From contig JAJEFD010000019.1 in NCBI GenBank assembly GCA_022820645.1, positions 64,279-128,278 of the forward strand: DNA of 64,000 nt, written 5' to 3'. The DNA comes from Dehalococcoidia bacterium. GTDB taxonomy: Bacteria; Chloroflexota; Dehalococcoidia; Lucifugimonadales; Australimonadaceae. The stretch's first letter is position 1. Each line of letters starts with the position of its first letter. The translations under genes and the position numbers were made by a program. Positions 62,798 to 64,000 of the stretch are shown piece by piece. Under the pieces are notes generated by a model. It did no database searches, was not told the origin of the DNA, and saw only the letters and a program-made list of their open reading frames with translations.

Positions 62798-64000
62798 TTA
62801 CCTGACGTACTTCTCGAACGCCTTCTCCTGGAGCTCACCGATGAGGTCCAGGTTGTCCAGGAACTGCTGAGTCGTGTCGTACAACTCCTGCTGCGCAACG
62901 TCTCCGGGCGTGAAGTTGTTCGGGATGCCCGTGAACTTCGTCATGCTCGTTGCGAATCCTTCGTCGCTCATCGCTGCTGTCAGTGCGTCACGCAGCGCCT
63001 GCAGCGGACCGGCAGGGATGCCGGGCGGGCCGATGATGTTCTTGGACGCGTACGTGCGCGGCCCGGTGATCGCGATCCATTCCTGGAGCATCTCCTCCGA
63101 GTCGAAGAAGCTCTCCGCCTTCGGGCAGTTGTAAGGACCCTCTGCGTTCGACCCCAACTCGTAACCGGGGAAGGAGAGGTCCACGAACGGCTCGATGAAG
63201 CCGTCCCTGACCCAGCCGGGCCTCGTGATGGGCAGCTGTGCCCAGACGGTTGAGGACGTCCAACTGTTCACGTCTCCGCGCTCGAGCATGATGTACTGCT
63301 CGGCCGAGCCCGCGGCGGCCACGTTCCGGATCTCCAGCGGGATATTGAAGTGGTCCGCCAGCCACGGGATAGAGACGAGCGAGCCGAGGTCAGCGAACGT
63401 CGGGACGCTGGATCCGATGGTCAGCACCGGGCTCGTTGCATTGAACGCTGTGTCGATGCAGTCGTAGGGCAGATTGCCCCGAATCATCCAGAACTGGTCC
63501 TTGCCAGAGGTCACACCGACCATGGAGACCTCCCGCATGTCGTATACGGCAGCCGGAGTCACCTGGTCGAAGATGCCCGCAGTAGCCTCGACGGAGATCG
63601 TCAGGCCGTCCGGCTTGGCGTTCCAGACGAAGTTCCGCTGCACGACGTTCGGCGTGAGGTTCCTGACGACGATGCGCGGGTTGCCCGGGATGAACTCCGA
63701 CCATGCGCGGGACATGAACCGTGCCTGAGCGTCGGTTCCGCCACCGGGGTTGAAGCCGACCATCATGCTGATGGTCTTGCCGGAGAAGTACGCCTCAGCG
63801 TCAAAGCCGGGGTCGACCGGCAACGGAGTAGGCGTGGGGCGCGGGACCGGTGTCGGGGTTGGGGCAGGGCCGCTGTCGCCGCCGGTGTCCGGGGTCGGCG
63901 TCGCTTCCTCTTCCATCATTGCCTCGGGCGTCGGCGTAGGCTCATCTGCCATCATCGCCGCCGTTGGCGTAGGCGTCGCAGCCGGGCGCGGGGTGGCCGT
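62798..64000 (-). CDS. TctC-like TTT substrate-binding lipoprotein, paralogue 4 (N-terminus beyond the window)
   Basis: The reading frame stays open to nt 64000 (...TATPRPAATPTPTAAMMADEPTPTP), matching the linker of paralogues 2 and 3. The signal peptide is therefore outside the window. Confidence 0.65.
   Translation of the reverse strand, partial: TATPRPAATPTPTAAMMADEPTPTPEAMMEEEATPTPDTGGDSGPAPTPTPVPRPTPTPLPVDPGFDAEAYFSGKTISMMVGFNPGGGTDAQARFMSRAWSEFIPGNPRIVVRNLTPNVVQRNFVWNAKPDGLTISVEATAGIFDQVTPAAVYDMREVSMVGVTSGKDQFWMIRGNLPYDCIDTAFNATSPVLTIGSSVPTFADLGSLVSIPWLADHFNIPLEIRNVAAAGSAEQYIMLERGDVNSWTSSTVWAQLPITRPGWVRDGFIEPFVDLSFPGYELGSNAEGPYNCPKAESFFDSEEMLQEWIAITGPRTYASKNIIGPPGIPAGPLQALRDALTAAMSDEGFATSMTKFTGIPNNFTPGDVAQQELYDTTQQFLDNLDLIGELQEKAFEKYVR

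Overview
High-GC (about 65-70% by eye, not computed) bacterial chromosomal window with roughly 60 genes, one tRNA-Thr(CGU), no rRNA, no CRISPR array and no recognisable integrase or transposase. The gene content suggests a monoderm, F420-using, Chloroflexota-like organism, but this is inference only. It includes F420 biosynthesis genes cofG/cofH/cofD/cofC, LLM-class oxidoreductases, many amidohydrolase_2, TPP-enzyme, cupin and SDR paralogues, lipoproteins with Thr/Pro-rich linkers, and a tripartite tricarboxylate (TTT) transporter with four TctC paralogues next to lutABC. Many long antisense ORFs in the track are GC-driven shadows. Intergenic DNA carries at least five families of short hairpin-forming interspersed repeats, named here REP-A to REP-E. 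REP-A is GTCATTCCnGCGnAGGCnGGAATCCAG. REP-B is CCCCTCTCCC-n-GGGAGAGGG-n-GGGTGAGGGTG. REP-C is GGTGTAGGGGCATCCCTTGTGGGTGCCC. REP-D is GTCATGCTGAGCG-n-GAAGCATCTCTCGGG. REP-E is CCTTCCCCC-TCGA-GGGGGAAGG. They occur in shuffled composite arrays. The most interesting signal is a pair of diverged paralogues of a Zn-ribbon / AAA_25-type P-loop ATPase / C-terminal HTH gene (2967-4523 and 43017-44642). Each paralogue has the same predicted leaderless promoter with a covarying palindrome, and each is followed by its own iteron-like repeats around a conserved 18-nt box. Each also carries a different AT-shifted immunity module immediately upstream: a tightly coupled DUF262 (ParB-like) + HEPN (Rx4H) pair at 894-2761, and a Dam-like methyltransferase plus an uncharacterised nuclease candidate at 40933-42903. 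Both modules are bracketed by REP arrays. I read this as a cargo-swapping, integrase-less defence islet or anchor-gene architecture, with the DUF262+HEPN pair as a candidate unnamed defence system. Other points worth a second look are a Rieske-oxygenase homologue with altered metal ligands, an F420 operon split by an antisense vapBC, REP elements exonised in frame, and unusual domain fusions (FN3+ProX-like lipoprotein, HAD+GDPD-like, extended TctA).
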